Source: Marsupella aquatica (lineage: Eukaryota; Plantae; Marchantiophyta). From it: DNA of 64,000 nt. The position numbers and the translations under genes are program-made. Below, in pieces: positions 47,671 through 61,160 of the stretch. The notes under the pieces are model-generated. The model was given only the letters and a program-made list of their open reading frames with translations, was not told the origin of the DNA and made no database searches. The stretch spans positions 11,275,675-11,339,674 of the forward strand of contig OZ316899.1 in assembly GCA_973895155.1 (NCBI GenBank), in the 5' to 3' direction. Within the stretch, counting starts at the first letter, position 1, and every line of letters begins with the position of its first letter.

Positions 47671-48180
47671 AAAAATGTCGGTGACTGATATCAGTCACTA
47701 ATAACTGATGAGATTGCTCCTCTCCGTCATGCCCCTTAGGTGTCAGGGCGACTCTTGTTGTTGAGCTTTTACTCTTTACTCTTGTGCGACTCTCTGGCCC
47801 TCTTCTTTTTGGGGCTGTTTAGGGGTATGCTGTGCATGTTCTTTGTTGTGTGTGAGGCTGCTTGTTCCCCCTTGTCATGTGGCTTTTTGTGGCTGGTCTC
47901 TATCTATTAAAAAACTCATTGGGATGAAGTTAACAATGTGTGAACCTAAGCCCCTTTTCTTATGTTATGTCTCAAAAGTTTGTACCAAATCACAACTTGA
48001 AGTTTCCAAAATTGGTGCTGAAGTATAAGGAAGAAAATTGGAATTGTTCAGAACCCTTATTTAAAACTCAAAAAGTATGTTTTCAAGTTTCTAAAAAGTA
48101 ACATTCAATTTTCCAGAAGTACACTATCAAAATTCCAAGTGGACTATAATATTCCAGAGTTAGTGAAAGTATTGATTACA

Positions 48181-51100
48181 GCTGCAGCATTATTTGGTAC
48201 CAATCAGCAAGCCTCGAAGCGGTTCAGGAGGAGCACCAAGCGGCGGTAATCCCACTTTCCCGCCGGGACAACACATGGTGAAGCACGGGTTGCGTTGTGT
48301 TCCTGACTTGCACTCTTCCATCCAATGAAGCGCTTTGCATTGTGGGCACTCGATGTTCATTTTCCCCAAAAGATGTCTACCCATTGCAGGGTCCAAAGGC
48401 TGCCTTGCCTTTGGCAACCGTTGGATCTCTTCCAATCTTTGATGCTCCCGCAACACGTCATCTGGATTGAGTTGAGCTGGGGTAACTGTGCCAGGTTTGT
48501 GCCTCCCATTTCCTCTTGGAGGATATTCTCAATCTTGTCCTCCTCATATTCGTTTGGCAAATCCAAGATGCCCTCAATAAATGTGTCAAATTGACCTCCT
48601 CCGTCATCAAGGATAGGATTTTCCCCCTTGTGTAGAGCATCATCAATGAGCCAATCTTCATCAAAGATGTCATGGTTAGACCGTTCATTGTTTGGTATGG
48701 ATTCACAGGGCATGGGGACGGCCAAAGGGGCAACCCCATCTTGTAAAGCGCCATCAATGAGCCACTCCTCATCAAAGACATCTACATGTTGTGGCACAAT
48801 GTTGGTCATGGGCTTGCATGGTGGGGGGATGGCAAATTCCTCCGGCTCAGGTTGGTCAACCCTACATGCGTCCAAGGCACCAGCAACGAGCCATCCTTCA
48901 TCAAACATGGGAGGGTCAGATGCAACGCTCATGGGCGTCACTGCATGGCTGGATATTGCACTCGGGGCAACCTCTCGACTGTTATTGATAGCAATGGATC
49001 TGGCCAAGGCTTGTTGAGTAGCCCTGGCTTCACGGCAAAGCTCCTTCCACTATTTGCACGGCCAGATGCCAGAGTTGATTCCCCGATTGATTCTAAACTT
49101 GCCCCCGCAAGTGAGAGCAAAGGTCTTGCCAATGGTGTTGTTGGAGTTTGTCATGGTGCCCTTGCTTTGTGTCGTAGTTGTCGACCACTAACTCTGTGGG
49201 CAGGTGGCACACTTGGCACAACACTTGAACCACTTGGTTGTGGTGCCAAAAGTGCCACACTCGGTTCCGGCACCGGAGAACCCACAGCTGGTGTGGCACT
49301 TGGTTGTGGTACTCCCGGTGGCACCGCATGGACTCAAGCCCCCTCTTGCAATCGTCGCCGAGCATTCTGTTGCCGACGTCTTGCATTTATTGCTTCCTTA
49401 TTTTGGGCATAATGCTCACGATCAGCTTCCAGCCTCTCCCCTGGGGTTCTCATGGTGCAAACACTCTCAAAACGTGTCCATCATCTGCATCCAACCCACA
49501 AAACATATGAGAATTGTTTATGCACCCCCAATCAAGCTCAACAGACTTCTAAGTATCTTGAACGCCGGTTGGGCCACACCCTATGCAAGAGACCCGAGAC
49601 ATGTGAGGAGACCCAATATCCATCAAGGATACTTCTTACCACAATCCCTCATCTCACCCTCCCAACCTTGGTGGCGATCATCGTGCTTCCGGGATGTCTC
49701 TTGCCCCTATGGTATCCCCTAGTATTCACTAAGCCAAAATGTCACTAAGGCCCAATAAACTGTCCAAAAGTATTCGGACAATTATGTGTTCGTCACCCAT
49801 CCCTGTGTCCGTCACCCATGAGAGGTGTCCATTCCATTCCATTTGTCCAAAACAAACACAGGGAACCCTATAAAAATACTCCATCCCTGTGTGAGGGTTG
49901 CCCATTGCCATCGCCGTCACCCATGGGTCATAGCTGCCACCACTTCCCATCATTGCCAATATGCATCTCATTGCCTCAAAAGCCTTAGTCCCCTTATATA
50001 TACTTCTGGGGTCCTGCCACCCCCGGACCACATTTAGCAGCAAAATTTTGGCCCCCAACCCCAAAAGTACTCATCATGCCATCGGTGCAGTCACACTACA
50101 AAGTCATTAATTTAGTTTCACGCATCAAATATTGGCCCTGGTGAACCATGGGCCTCACTAATTCAACGGCCTTAGTCCAGGTGCAGCATGGCAGGGCCGT
50201 GGCAAGCTAAGTCCAGGCGCGGGCAGGCTGAGGGCAGGCCGTGCGGCAGAGTACGTGGGGTTTGCCGTGGCATAGCCGTGGGTCCAAGCGTGCAAGTGAG
50301 GCAGCCACCGTGAGCCGCCAGCCTCAGTCCAGGCACGGCGAGCGGTGGCAGTGGGGTTAGTGGCGAGCAGAGCCACACGCCACGACGGAGAGTTAGCCGC
50401 GGCCGAGCCAAAGCTTCTGGTCCAGGTGCAGGTGAAGTAGGGGCAATTGAGCAATGGCAGCAGGGGCGAGACGGAGAGAGCCGCTGCAAGGCAATGCCAT
50501 CCGCACCTGGACTGGCACGGACACTGGTGAGCAATGGCTGGGGGTGGCAAGCGCAGGCAGCGCAAAGGAGGGTTGTGGCAAGCTGTGAGGGAGGCAGCAG
50601 CCCGAGAGGGAGGGACGCCGTCCGCGCCTGGACTGGCAACGCTCGGGCGTTTGGGAGGGGGGAGCGCCCTGATGGCAGCCCCAGGCAGCAGCGCGAGGTG
50701 GGGGAGTAGTGCCCCGGTGGCAACCTTAGCCAAAGGCCAAGGGAGGCTGACATTGCTGCCAAGGGCCGAGGTTGAGAGCGCGCCTACACTGGCAGGCTCG
50801 GGCGTGAGGGAGGGGGTTCGCCGTGGGGTTGACCAGTGGCAGGAGGCAGGCCCTGGCAAGGCAAGGGCACGACAAGGCAGGGCAGGCGAGCCTGGGTCCG
50901 GGCGCGCGGGGAGCGAAGCCGTGGCAAGGTAGCCGTGGCTGCTGTAGGGCAGGGCGGGGCAGGGTTGCACGGGAGGGGAGGGGAGCAAAGGGGAGTGGAG
51001 GGGAGAGAGGGGAGGGGAAGATGGGCAGTGGCAGGGCACGGCAGCCACAGCGGGCAAGCCTGGGTCTAGGCATGGCAGGGGGTGGCAGGGCGACTGAGGA

Positions 51101-51502
51101 GGTGCAGGGGCTGGTGCGCCTGGACCACGGCAGGGCGGGCTCGCACGGGAGGGGAGGGGAGCAAAGGGGAGTGGAGGGGAGAGCGGGGAGGGGAAGAGTC
51201 CAGGCGTGGCAGCTACGGCAGGGCAGGCAAGGGCAGGGTGCTAGGCAGCGAGGGAGGGGGTGTGAGGGCAACTGAGGTAGGGGGTGGCAGGGCGACCAAG
51301 GAGGTGCAGTGGTTGGCGCACCTGGACCAAGGCACGGCCAGGCAGTGGCAAGCCAAGGGGATGAAGCAAGAGCTTTGTTGACTTTGAACGGTTTAGAAAA
51401 AACCCAAAGAGATCTAACGGCCACAGTTTGTTCCTGCCCTAATCATATTTCGTAAACGGACAAAAGCCCAAATTTGGCGGTATGGAGTATTATAGTGTTA
51501 GA
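48181..51502 (-). mobile_element. 3'-truncated Helitron (5' end, GC-rich leader, N-terminal ORF)
   Basis: 5' end TCTAACACTATA preceded by A, identical to the full copy. ORFs 48357-49007 and 48190-48456 are homologous to 56755-57546. Confidence 0.85.
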
Positions 51503-52275
51503 TGGCTTGAAGAGAAATGAACAGGTATTCAGTGGAAGGTTAATGATGTTTTGATATTAGGATAATGCTATCGGAAGTTGCTGATCATCTGTAGGGGGTG
51601 TGCCTTCGCTTCCCACCAGGGTGTAAGCACTCTCGTTTATCAAGCGTCAATGAAGAGGTGGAGATGGAGAGCAGATGCTGGCTGAGGAGCAGTGGAGGGA
51701 GTATGGTATCTGGATGATAATTTTTTAGGGATTTAGGGTTTATGGGGAGCTGTGGTGCTGCTTTGGCTGGGCAGTAACTTGTACTTGGGGCCCTGGTTCT
51801 TAGATTTAGGAGTGACATTAGGATGAGGATTAGGATTAGGATTGAATGGCTATGTTAGGCGTCTGTGACTGCTGCTATCAATTGAATTGGGCTTAGGTAG
51901 GCTGGCCCTCCCCCATGTAGAGGGAATTTGGGGTTTTTTCTGTGGTCTGCTATGGGCTGCAGGCCCTGGTGCTGCTGGCTGGTAGGGGCTCTGGGCGGAA
52001 TGCTTTCCCTTGGTGGCTTCTCAGTGGTTTGGCACTGTGTTTTTAACCCCCGTCGCAGAGTTTTTGCAGCTTAAACCACAACTGCCCCTATAAAGGGCTA
52101 CGGGTAATCCATAGCTCTCATTGTAAAGAGCATAGGTTCAGAAATGGACTTTGAGTTCCGCAAAAGGTGCTGACTGCAAAATCTTTTTTTGGCAAGTACT
52201 CCCCAAAAGGTGCTAATGTTCCACCTTTTATGGTGAGTAACTAGCCCCATGCCCGTGCGTTGCACAAAAGACTTC

Positions 52276-52590
52276 GAGTGAGGGCAAGATTTTGAGTGAG
52301 GGCAAGATGTCGAGGTGAGTGCAAGATTTGGAGGTGAGAGCAAGATTTTGAGTGAGGGCAAGATGTCAAGTTGAGGGCAAGATTTGGAGGTGAGAGCAAG
52401 ATGTCAAGTTGAGGGCAAGATTTGTAAGTGAGGGCAAGATATCGAGGTGAGTGCAAGATTTAGAGGTGAGAGCAAGATGTCGAAGTGAGGGCAAGATGTT
52501 GAAGTGAGAGGAGGATGTCAAATTGAGGGCAAGATGTTGAGATGAGAGCAAGTTAGATGTCGAGGTGAGGGTAAGATTTTGAGGCGAGGC
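52276..52590. repeat. Helitron 3' subterminal 18-20-bp tandem repeat
   Basis: GAGTGAGGGCAAGAT(TTT/GTC) units. Confidence 0.9.
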
Positions 52591-52672
52591 AAACGGTTGT
52601 GCATTGCAAACTTATAATTCAGGCAAAAAGTCAAAGAGATTAGTACGAAAGTGATAATATTTATTCAGGTGT

Positions 52673-55600
52673 TCAATAAAGAACCTCATCATATACAACA
52701 TTTTTTGTCAACTTTGCTGAACCCTCCTCGGAATCTGAAAGGAAAACCTTGATAGTTGTAGGTGATGTTGCCCTTGAGAATGCTACATACAACTGTCCAT
52801 GACTAAAGACAGGCTTTGAAAGCTGCAAGCCTACATGTTCTAAAGTCTGACCTTGAGCCTTGTTTATGGTCATTGCATATGCCACTCGAATTGGAAATTG
52901 GACCCTACGTAATAAGAAAGGAAGTGACTCATCAGACGTCAAGGGAATCCGTGGGATAAATGCAAGGGTCCCTACATGTTTTCCTGCAAGAACACGTGCC
53001 TCAATGACATGATGATTCATTGCTCTCACAATTGTCCGAGTACCATTACACAACCCCAAAGAGTGATCTATATTCCTAAGTAAAATGATAGGGCATCCAA
53101 CCTTCAGTACCAACTTATGAGGCGGCAGACCACTCGGCGTGAGTGTATTCAAGACCCCCATAGGGTAGAAATTTTCCCCTTCGAGCTGATCTGGACGATC
53201 AACGCTAAAAAACTCACTTGATTCCCCGGGAAGTCCTTCTAAGATAGAGTCGTTAATTTTTAGTGCCTCGTCATTTGTCGGCGCCAAAATAGTTCTCTCA
53301 CTTAAGAACTTGTCGTCCACATTAGCAAGAATCGGGTATATTGCCTGAATCAATGATTCCACACGTCCTCCATCCACCACCATAGACTCAGGGCAAGTAA
53401 TAAGATTATTTGAAGGCCCTCCTTTTGGGAGTTTATCATCGCCCAATTGTAGTAGCCACTCCGCAAATGTAACATTACCAAATTTAGGAGATGCGTTACT
53501 TCCTCTTGCCCGCATATTTTCAGTTAGCTTCAAAGTCCGTATACTACTCCACACATAAGACTTCTTCAAACATGATCCCACAATCTCTGGACGACTTGCC
53601 CTTGCCTTCACTGGAAGCACTTGTCAAAAATCACCTGCAAATATAACTACAACCCCTCCAAAGATTTGGTCATTATCTCGTATGTCGCGTAAAGTTCTAT
53701 CCAACGCCTCCACTCCATGCCGATGGATCATGGGTGCTTCGTCCCACAAAATAAAAGTTGCCCTCCGCAATAATCCAACAAGGTCAGATTGTTTTTGGAT
53801 GCTGCATGTTGATGTTGAGATTGGTTTCAATGGTAGCTTGAATCTTGAGTGTGCGGTGCGACCTCCATCTAACAAAAGACTTGCAATACCCGAGGAAGCT
53901 ACGACCAATGCAACATCCCCATTTGCACGGACTCTCCGAAGTAGAACATTCTCCACAAATGTTTTGCCTGTCCCCCCTGGTCCATCAATAAAAAATGTCG
54001 CTCCATCTCGAGCCCTCACCGCTGCAAGTATTGCAGTGTACGTTGCCCTTTGACCCTCGTTCAACAACGGCTCTTGCTCTGCAAGTTGTTGTAGAAGTAC
54101 GTTCATTGGATAACATGTCTCCTTTCTTATCAGTCGGTTACTATTTTCTTCCTCTTGGAAAAAATCCATACCTGGTTCCGAAAGACCAAACTCCAACAAT
54201 GTTTTACCCACACTTTTCAAAGCCTCATCCATCAAATGTAGAGCAAAGCTTTGTTGTTGCTGCTCTGTAGAATCTAAGAAGCCCATCAATTGCAAACGAT
54301 ACCTACAATCATCACTCAAATTGGATGCATGTTGTGCCCATAGGTTGCACGGTTTGGCAACACCTCCAAACAACAATATTGTAATAAATAGTTGTTGTAT
54401 TTGCGCACCGGTGTGCATGCTTGCCGCTTCTTGAAGGCATCTATCCCACTCCTCATCGTTCTCATACAAACCCTGAGCAAGAGCCGTTGCTTGAAAGGTG
54501 GGGTATACAGTGCCCTCAAAAGTGCGAAGGTCGATGAATGATGTTGCACCTTTGATGTGAAGAAGAAGCACCCTCAAATAGTACCGTTCACCCGCGGCTG
54601 GCGGCACAAAATACATCCTGCCAATGCTAAACTCTCTTCTTTGTGGGTTCCATGCACGGGAGGACGTATCCCATACAAACTCATGGGGAAAATTGTTGTA
54701 GAGAAGTTGTTTTTCCCGTTCATGCAAAGTATTAGCTCTGAACCACCTTATGAGGGTTGTGTCCCTATGAGATTCTCGTTGAACCACATCACTGATGTCA
54801 GAATCCTCATTGAACATTATAGATTGTTCCCCCTCACAATGAACTTGCAGCCGTTGCATCGAAGTAGTACTCTCAGACATTTCAAACTGGTTAATGCGCC
54901 ATACTCCCTCAGCAGCAGACACATATCTGGCATCTAAGTGCTCCTTCACTTCATCTTGTTGCTCCACCTCAACCGTTGCCTTATCATGCCCTTTATAACA
55001 GTACTTGTATAAATACTTGATTGCTTTAATAGAGCAACAAATCTCCACATTGATACGGGCATTGAATCTCATGCTCAAATATGGACTATGAGGAACAACC
55101 CACCTATTGTCAAACTTAAACCCACTTCGGTCTTTTGAGAAATTGCGGCCATCATCCCGACGTCGATACATAGGATACCCATCATCTCCAAAAACTGTTT
55201 CGGTTGAGAATGATCATGGGTAGCCCTTGCTGCACTGCCCGTCGACCATGCAAGGTGAGTTTGGATATCCACGACCGCATGGACCATGGACCATGGACTT
55301 CATAATAGTTTGATATAATTGTGGATGTACTCGTGCGTCCGGTATCTCCGCCAAAACCAATTGATCAACCAACTCTAGAGTGCGTAACTTATGTCATTCC
55401 ACCAATATTATGAGAATGTGGGCGTGCGGCAGACCCCTCTTCTGAAATTCAATGACATACATAGAGGCAATAGGTCTACCCAATACCCCTGCCCGAATAT
55501 CCGCCAATAGGGCCTTCAACTTAAGTTTGAACACTCTCGCCACAATGTCATCGTGGTCGGCCGGGGTCTGGTAGGGAAGCACTCCACTTTGATTTCAGGC

Positions 55601-57993
55601 CATTCAGGATTGCACGTAAAAGTTGTGAAAAGGTCAGGAGGCCCGTATGTTCGAACAACCGCCATGGCATCCTGATAGGCCTGCATCATATGTCGTGCAC
55701 TACCCCCATATGTGGACGGTAAAATGTAGGTCATACCCACATTGCTTGCTTGTGCATCCCCATCTTGAACTGCATCTTGTAGCCCTTGATATAACTTGGT
55801 CCAAAGCTTTTTCTGATTGTTCCGAATATATGTGAGGCATGTCTGGTCTATACACGCATATGCATCCACAATAAATTGCTTCAGCAATCTTCCTCCACAA
55901 AGCAGCCAATCATCTTCCCGCCTTGCATGTAACATATACGCATAGTATTGAAGTTGGGTCACCTTCTTAGAACCATTTCGTCCACCCCTGGCTCCTGATT
56001 CAACAGCCACAATGACCCCATCCTGGAATTCGTGCCCTGCCAACGGGATGTCACAAGACCATCCATCCTGTTCGTGAGGAAAGAGTAAAACATAATGGAG
56101 CGGGGCATAGGACCTATGCCACTCGAAAATCCGTTGTAGGCCACCATTCCTCTTCCTTAGTATTATATCCCTCCCACATGTTTCAATATCCTCATCTCCA
56201 ACCATTATCACGCCAATTTCATCTGCCGCCGGTTTATTGTAGCGCCTGGGGTCTGTATCTCGCTCCGCTACAATACGTAGCGATACGTGTGGCACCTCAG
56301 TGTCGTCGATGCGGCTGCCTGCATTTTTGAAGACCCTCACATACGGATTGTATGTATGGAGCATCTCTTGCAAGGAAGCCAACATCGCCTGATCCAATTG
56401 TGGCATCCTATTCATCCTGGAACCCAAGAAAAAACCATAAGACACAACTTATTGCAAAGATCATGTAACATCAAAGGAATATCAAATAAGTTGCACATGT
56501 TAATTACCTGTTCCCCAACTCATTCCCTGTGTCATGAATATAGAGTTGAGCAAATTTGGCCCTGCTCCATCAGGAGGCAAGAGGCTACCGGCACGATGAT
56601 ATAATGCTCCTTGGATACGAAAGGAATATGGGCCACGATTGCCAACTCTTTCGTCAATTTTAACACCTAGGGAGGTAAATGCTAGGGCATTGTTGTAGCC
56701 TTGAATATTCTTCCGAAATGCGGTTGCTGCGGCGTTGGTACCAATCAGCAAGCCTCAAAGCGGCTCAGGGGGAGCACCAAGCGGGGGCAATCTCACTTTC
56801 CCGTCGGCACAACACATGGTGAAGCACAGGTTGCGTTGTGTTCCTGACTTGCACTCTTCCATCCAATGAAGCGCTTTACATTGTTGGCACTCAATGTTCA
56901 TTTGCCCCAAAAGATGTCGACCCATTGACGGGTCCAAAGGTTGCCTTGCCTTTGGCAACCGTTGGATCTCTTCCAATCTTTGACGCTCCCGCAATACTTC
57001 ATTTGGATTGAGTTGAGCTAGGGTAATTGGTGCCAGGTTTGTGCCTCCCATTTCCTCAGGGAGGTTATGGTCTATCTCGTCATCCTCATATTCGTTTGGC
57101 AAATCCAAGGTGCCCTGAACAAATGTGTCAAATTGACCTCCTCCGTCATCCAGGATAGGATTTCCCCCCTCACGCAAAGCACCATCAATGAGCCAATCTT
57201 CATCAAAGATGTTAGGGTCAGACCGTTCATTGTTTGGTATGGATTCATTGGGCAGGGGGGCGGCCGAACCGGCAATCCCATCTTGTAAAGCGCCATGAAT
57301 GAGCCAATCCTCATCAAAGACATGTACATGTTCTAACACAATGTTGGTTATGGGCTTGTAGGGTGGAGGAGTGGCAAATTCCTCCATAGGCTGGTCAACC
57401 CTACATGCATCCAAGGCACCATCAATGAGCCAACCTTCATCAAACATGGGAGGGTCGGATGAATTGCTCACAGGCGTCATTGCATGAGTGGAAGTTGCAC
57501 TTGGGGTTCCCTCTCGGTTGTTATTGATAACGATGGATCTGGCCAACGCCTGTTGAGCAGCCCTTGCTTCACGACGAAGCTCCCTTCCACTATTTGCGCG
57601 GCCAGATGCCAGAGCTGGTCCTAAACTTACTCCCTCAAGGGGGGCTAATGGTGTTGGTGGATTTCGCTGTGGTGCCCTTGCTTCATGTTGTAGCTATCGA
57701 CCACTAACTCTGTGGGCAGGTGGCACACTTGGCGTAGCACCTAAAGCACTTTGTTCTGGTACCAAAAGTGCCGTACTCGGTGGAACTCTTGCTACGGCAC
57801 TTGGTGGAACGCTTTGTACCAGCAGCAAAGGTGCCACACTTGGTGTGGAAGTTGGTTGTTGCACCGTGCAAACTTCAGCCCCCGCTCGCAGCCGTTGTTC
57901 GGCATATCGTTGCCGACGCCTTGCATTTGTGGCTGCCCTATTGTGGGCATGCCACTCCCGATCAGCTTCCAACCTCTCTATGGGGCTCCTCAT
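52673..57993 (-). pseudogene. Helitron RepHel (HUH Rep + PIF1-type helicase), multiple stops and frameshifts
   Basis: PDLFTTFTCNPEW, IEFQKRGLPHAHIL, KYLYKYCYKG; DGPGGTGKT, WDEAPM, AGDF, AMTINKAQGQT, HGQLYVAFSR. Confidence 0.95.
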
Positions 57994-60967
57994 ATTCCAA
58001 ACTTTGTCAAAGCTCCTTCATAATCTGCATCCAACCCACATGACGTATGAGAACTTTTTATGCACACGCAATCCAGCACGACAGACCCCTCATTAAGTAT
58101 GTTGAACACCGGTTGGGCCACACCTATGCAAGAGACTCGAGACATCTGAGGAGACCCAATATCCGTCGAGGATACCGCTTACCACAATCCCTCGTCTCAC
58201 CCTCCCAACCTTGGTGGCGATCATCCTGCTTCTAGGATCATGTCTCTTGCCCCTATGGTTTTCACTTAGATTCCATTTTCCCTATTTAAGCATTTTTCCT
58301 TGGCTTCCAATGAAGCTCAAACTCTAGATCATTGGTTCCCATGGAGCTCACATGAAGAAATTTGGAGGGGCCAAAATAAATTTTGTAGCAACCATATTCT
58401 ATGTTTGGCTCTATTTTCGGGTCCATGTTGGGGTCACCCATCCCCACGACCGTTACCCATGAAGTGCGGCGCGCCACCGCATGTTACCTTTGTTCATAAA
58501 TGCAGAGGATCCAACAAAATTTGCGGCAAATTAACCACATTCCATTGCGTGACACGGTGGCCCATTGCCGTGTCCGTCATCCATGGGTGGTGGCCACCAT
58601 CAACTCCGATGGTCGGCCGCTTCTCACTTTGAATGCATCTCATTCTTCAAACATGGTAGTCCCCTTATATATACTTCTGGGACGCTGCCACCCCCGGACC
58701 ACATTTAATAGTCAAAATTTGGCCTCCAACCCAAACAGTACTCGGTGCGCCGTCGGTCGTGGGTCGAGTTTTAAGGCGGGGCGAGTGCAATCGGTGTCTT
58801 GAGGGCAGCCAACAGTGTCAGGGAGGAGGGCGTGGCAGGGGGCGGTGCAGTCGAGGCGCAACCTTTGGCCAACAGCCCGTGGTCCAGGTGCGGTAGCAAT
58901 CCACCCAGCCACGGGCGAGGCAAGGCAGGATTTCTATGGCCGGACGCTGCAGTCCAGGCGTGGGCAACAGGGCAAGGGGTGAGGCATGGCACGCAAGCAA
59001 TGGCATAAGGCAACAGGAGGGCACAGGCGAGGGATTGCCACCAAAGGGCCGCTTTGGTCCAGGCACGCGCCACTGGCACTGACAACTGAGGCCAGGGCTG
59101 GCAGCCATGGTCGCATGGCAAACAGGCAAGCAATGGTCATGGCAGGGGTCAGCTCGGTCCAGGCGCGTGGTGGGTGGCAGAGGCTGGCCGTGTGAGAGAG
59201 GGAGAGTGAGGAGGTGGCAAGAGGCGAGGGGCCACCTCGGTCCAGGCCTGTGGTGGCGAGGGTCGTGGGTGTTGGATGAGTGTGAGGGGCTGGCTGTGGG
59301 GAGCGACAGGGCAGCGAGGGGTGAGCGGGGTGCAACAGGGCAGCGAGGGGCAAGCGGGGTGCAATAGGGTGTGGAGGAGGCCCGCAAGGAGGCGCGCAGG
59401 ATACGGCGAGGCGGTCCAGGCGCGGAGTGCAGCGGGTGGTCACCGGGGAGGGAGGGCAGAGGGCTGAGCCGGCCGTGGGGTGTGGAGGCCGGCCGCGGGG
59501 TGTGGCGGGACACCGGGGAGGGAGGGCTGAGGCTGGCCGTGGGGTGCGGAGGGCGATATGCGGGGTGCGGCAGGCCACCAGGGAGCGAGGGCTGGGGGCT
59601 GAGGTCGGCCGCAGGGTGTGGAGGGCGGCCTCAGGGTGCAGAGGACGGTCCAGGCCCGGGGTGCGGCGGTTGGCCGCAGGGTGTGGAGGGCGGAGAGGGC
59701 TGAGGAGGCCGCAGGCAGTCAAGGACGGGGTGTGGAGGGCGGCCCCGGGGTGCGGAGGGCAGTCCAGGCGCGGGGAGGCAGGGCAGGGCGCCGGGGCTGG
59801 TAGACGCCACGGAGGGAGGGCGGATGACGGGGGTGTAAGGGAAATCCAGGCGCAGGGTGCCGTGGCAGGGATGGCCGTGGGGGGCGTAAGGGCAGTCCAG
59901 GCCGCGGGGTGCTGTGGCAGGGATGGCCGTGGCATGGCGCAGGTAGGGGAGTGAGGGGTGATGGATGGCTCGTGGTAGGGGAGCAAGGGATGGCCGTGGC
60001 AGGGCCCAGGGCATGCGAGGGAGCCGACATCCAAGCAAGCATGGCAGGGCCCAGGGCAAGCGAGGAGGCAGGCAGGGCCTGGGGCAAGCAAGGGGGCAGG
60101 CAGGGGCTGGCACCCAACAGTGCCCTCGGTCCAGGCGTGCCAAGGGATGGCCGTGGCAGGGCCTGGGGCAAGCAAGGTGATAGGCAGGGGCTGGCAGCTG
60201 CCAACAACAAAGGGCAAGCGGATGCAGGGGCGACGCAGGCAGGGCAGCAGCAAAGGAGGGGTGATGTACCTTGCTTGGCAGGCAAGGCCGGGGCACACAA
60301 ATGAACTAATGAACGGCCCTCAAAAAAATGCCAAAGAATCCAACGGCGGTGGATCCTTCCCACCCATATGTCATTTCGTAAACGAACGAAGATTAGAAAA
60401 GGGCGGCATTGGTTATTATAGTGTTAGATGAGACATGGAATGAGACTTTTATAGTGGCAGGTGTAATTTAACTAAAAAAAATGTATTTTTTAAATCCAAA
60501 GAAAAAGCCCTCACTGAATTTTTGGCACAACCATTTATTATAGTTCTTGAGTGCATTTTTCTTATTAGTAAAGGGTGCTTTCAGGAAGTAAATAACTTGG
60601 ACTAGACATTGATTTCCTCATCTTCCAAAGGCACCATCCTTGGTGTATGACTATATAATCCTTGAAAGACCCTGACCGAAATTGATTTGCACTATTTTGG
60701 TCGTGTGTCCCTTCTTTGTCAGGACCAAAATCTTGGTTCACCCTTCAAAGTTATGCATGGCCAGGACCACACAGTCTAGTCTTGTTCCCTGGGCTCCCTG
60801 GAGTACGATCCCCATCAAGTGATCCTCATCAAGTCTCACGTAGGTCAGTAACTATGGTTCCTCTGAGTCCGCAACACTTCATCGTCCCAATTCTTCCAAG
60901 TACAGAGATCTCTCCATCTAGTTATGACCATTACTCGCCAGTGTGTTCATACGCATAAAGCTTAGGG

Positions 60968-61160
60968 TCCTGGGATGAACACTATGCTCTAGCTAGGAGT
61001 GGTGAATCGTTAAATCCGCATCTTACTTAGCTACATGCAAGACAAACACCGAATTCAAAAAAACAATGAAAACAGAGATGCGTCCTGGGGTGAACACTGT
61101 GCTCTACCTAGAAGTGGTGAATGTTTAAATCCGCATCTCACTTGGCTGCATTCAAGAAAA
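60968..61160. repeat. ~75-bp diverged direct repeat x2
   Basis: TGAACACT(A/G)TGCTCTA…GTGGTGAAT…TAAATCCGCATCT occurs near 60975 and 61091. Confidence 0.7.

Larger units (their letters stand above)
32771..47724. mobile_element. Mutator-like DNA transposon (MULE), ~15 kb, with two divergent genes
   Basis: 9-bp TSD CGTCATGCC (32762-32770 and 47725-47733). Short imperfect TIRs GAGGGGAGGTAATCCATCAGTTAT / rc GAGAGGAGCAATCTCATCAGTTAT. Encodes a DDE+SWIM transposase and a Ulp1 protease. Confidence 0.92.
52241..60428 (-). mobile_element. Full-length Helitron (degenerate RepHel)
   Basis: 5' TC at 60428 and 3' CTAG at 52241-52244, inserted in an AT site; remnant subterminal hairpin GTGC-GTT-GCAC near 52255. 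Confidence 0.92.

Noticed and set aside
50158-51424. Long Pro/Ala/Gly/Arg-rich ORFs in the GC-rich Helitron leaders (also 58771-60431)
   Set aside because: They are open in several frames on both strands because of GC content, have no domains, and are not conserved between the two copies.
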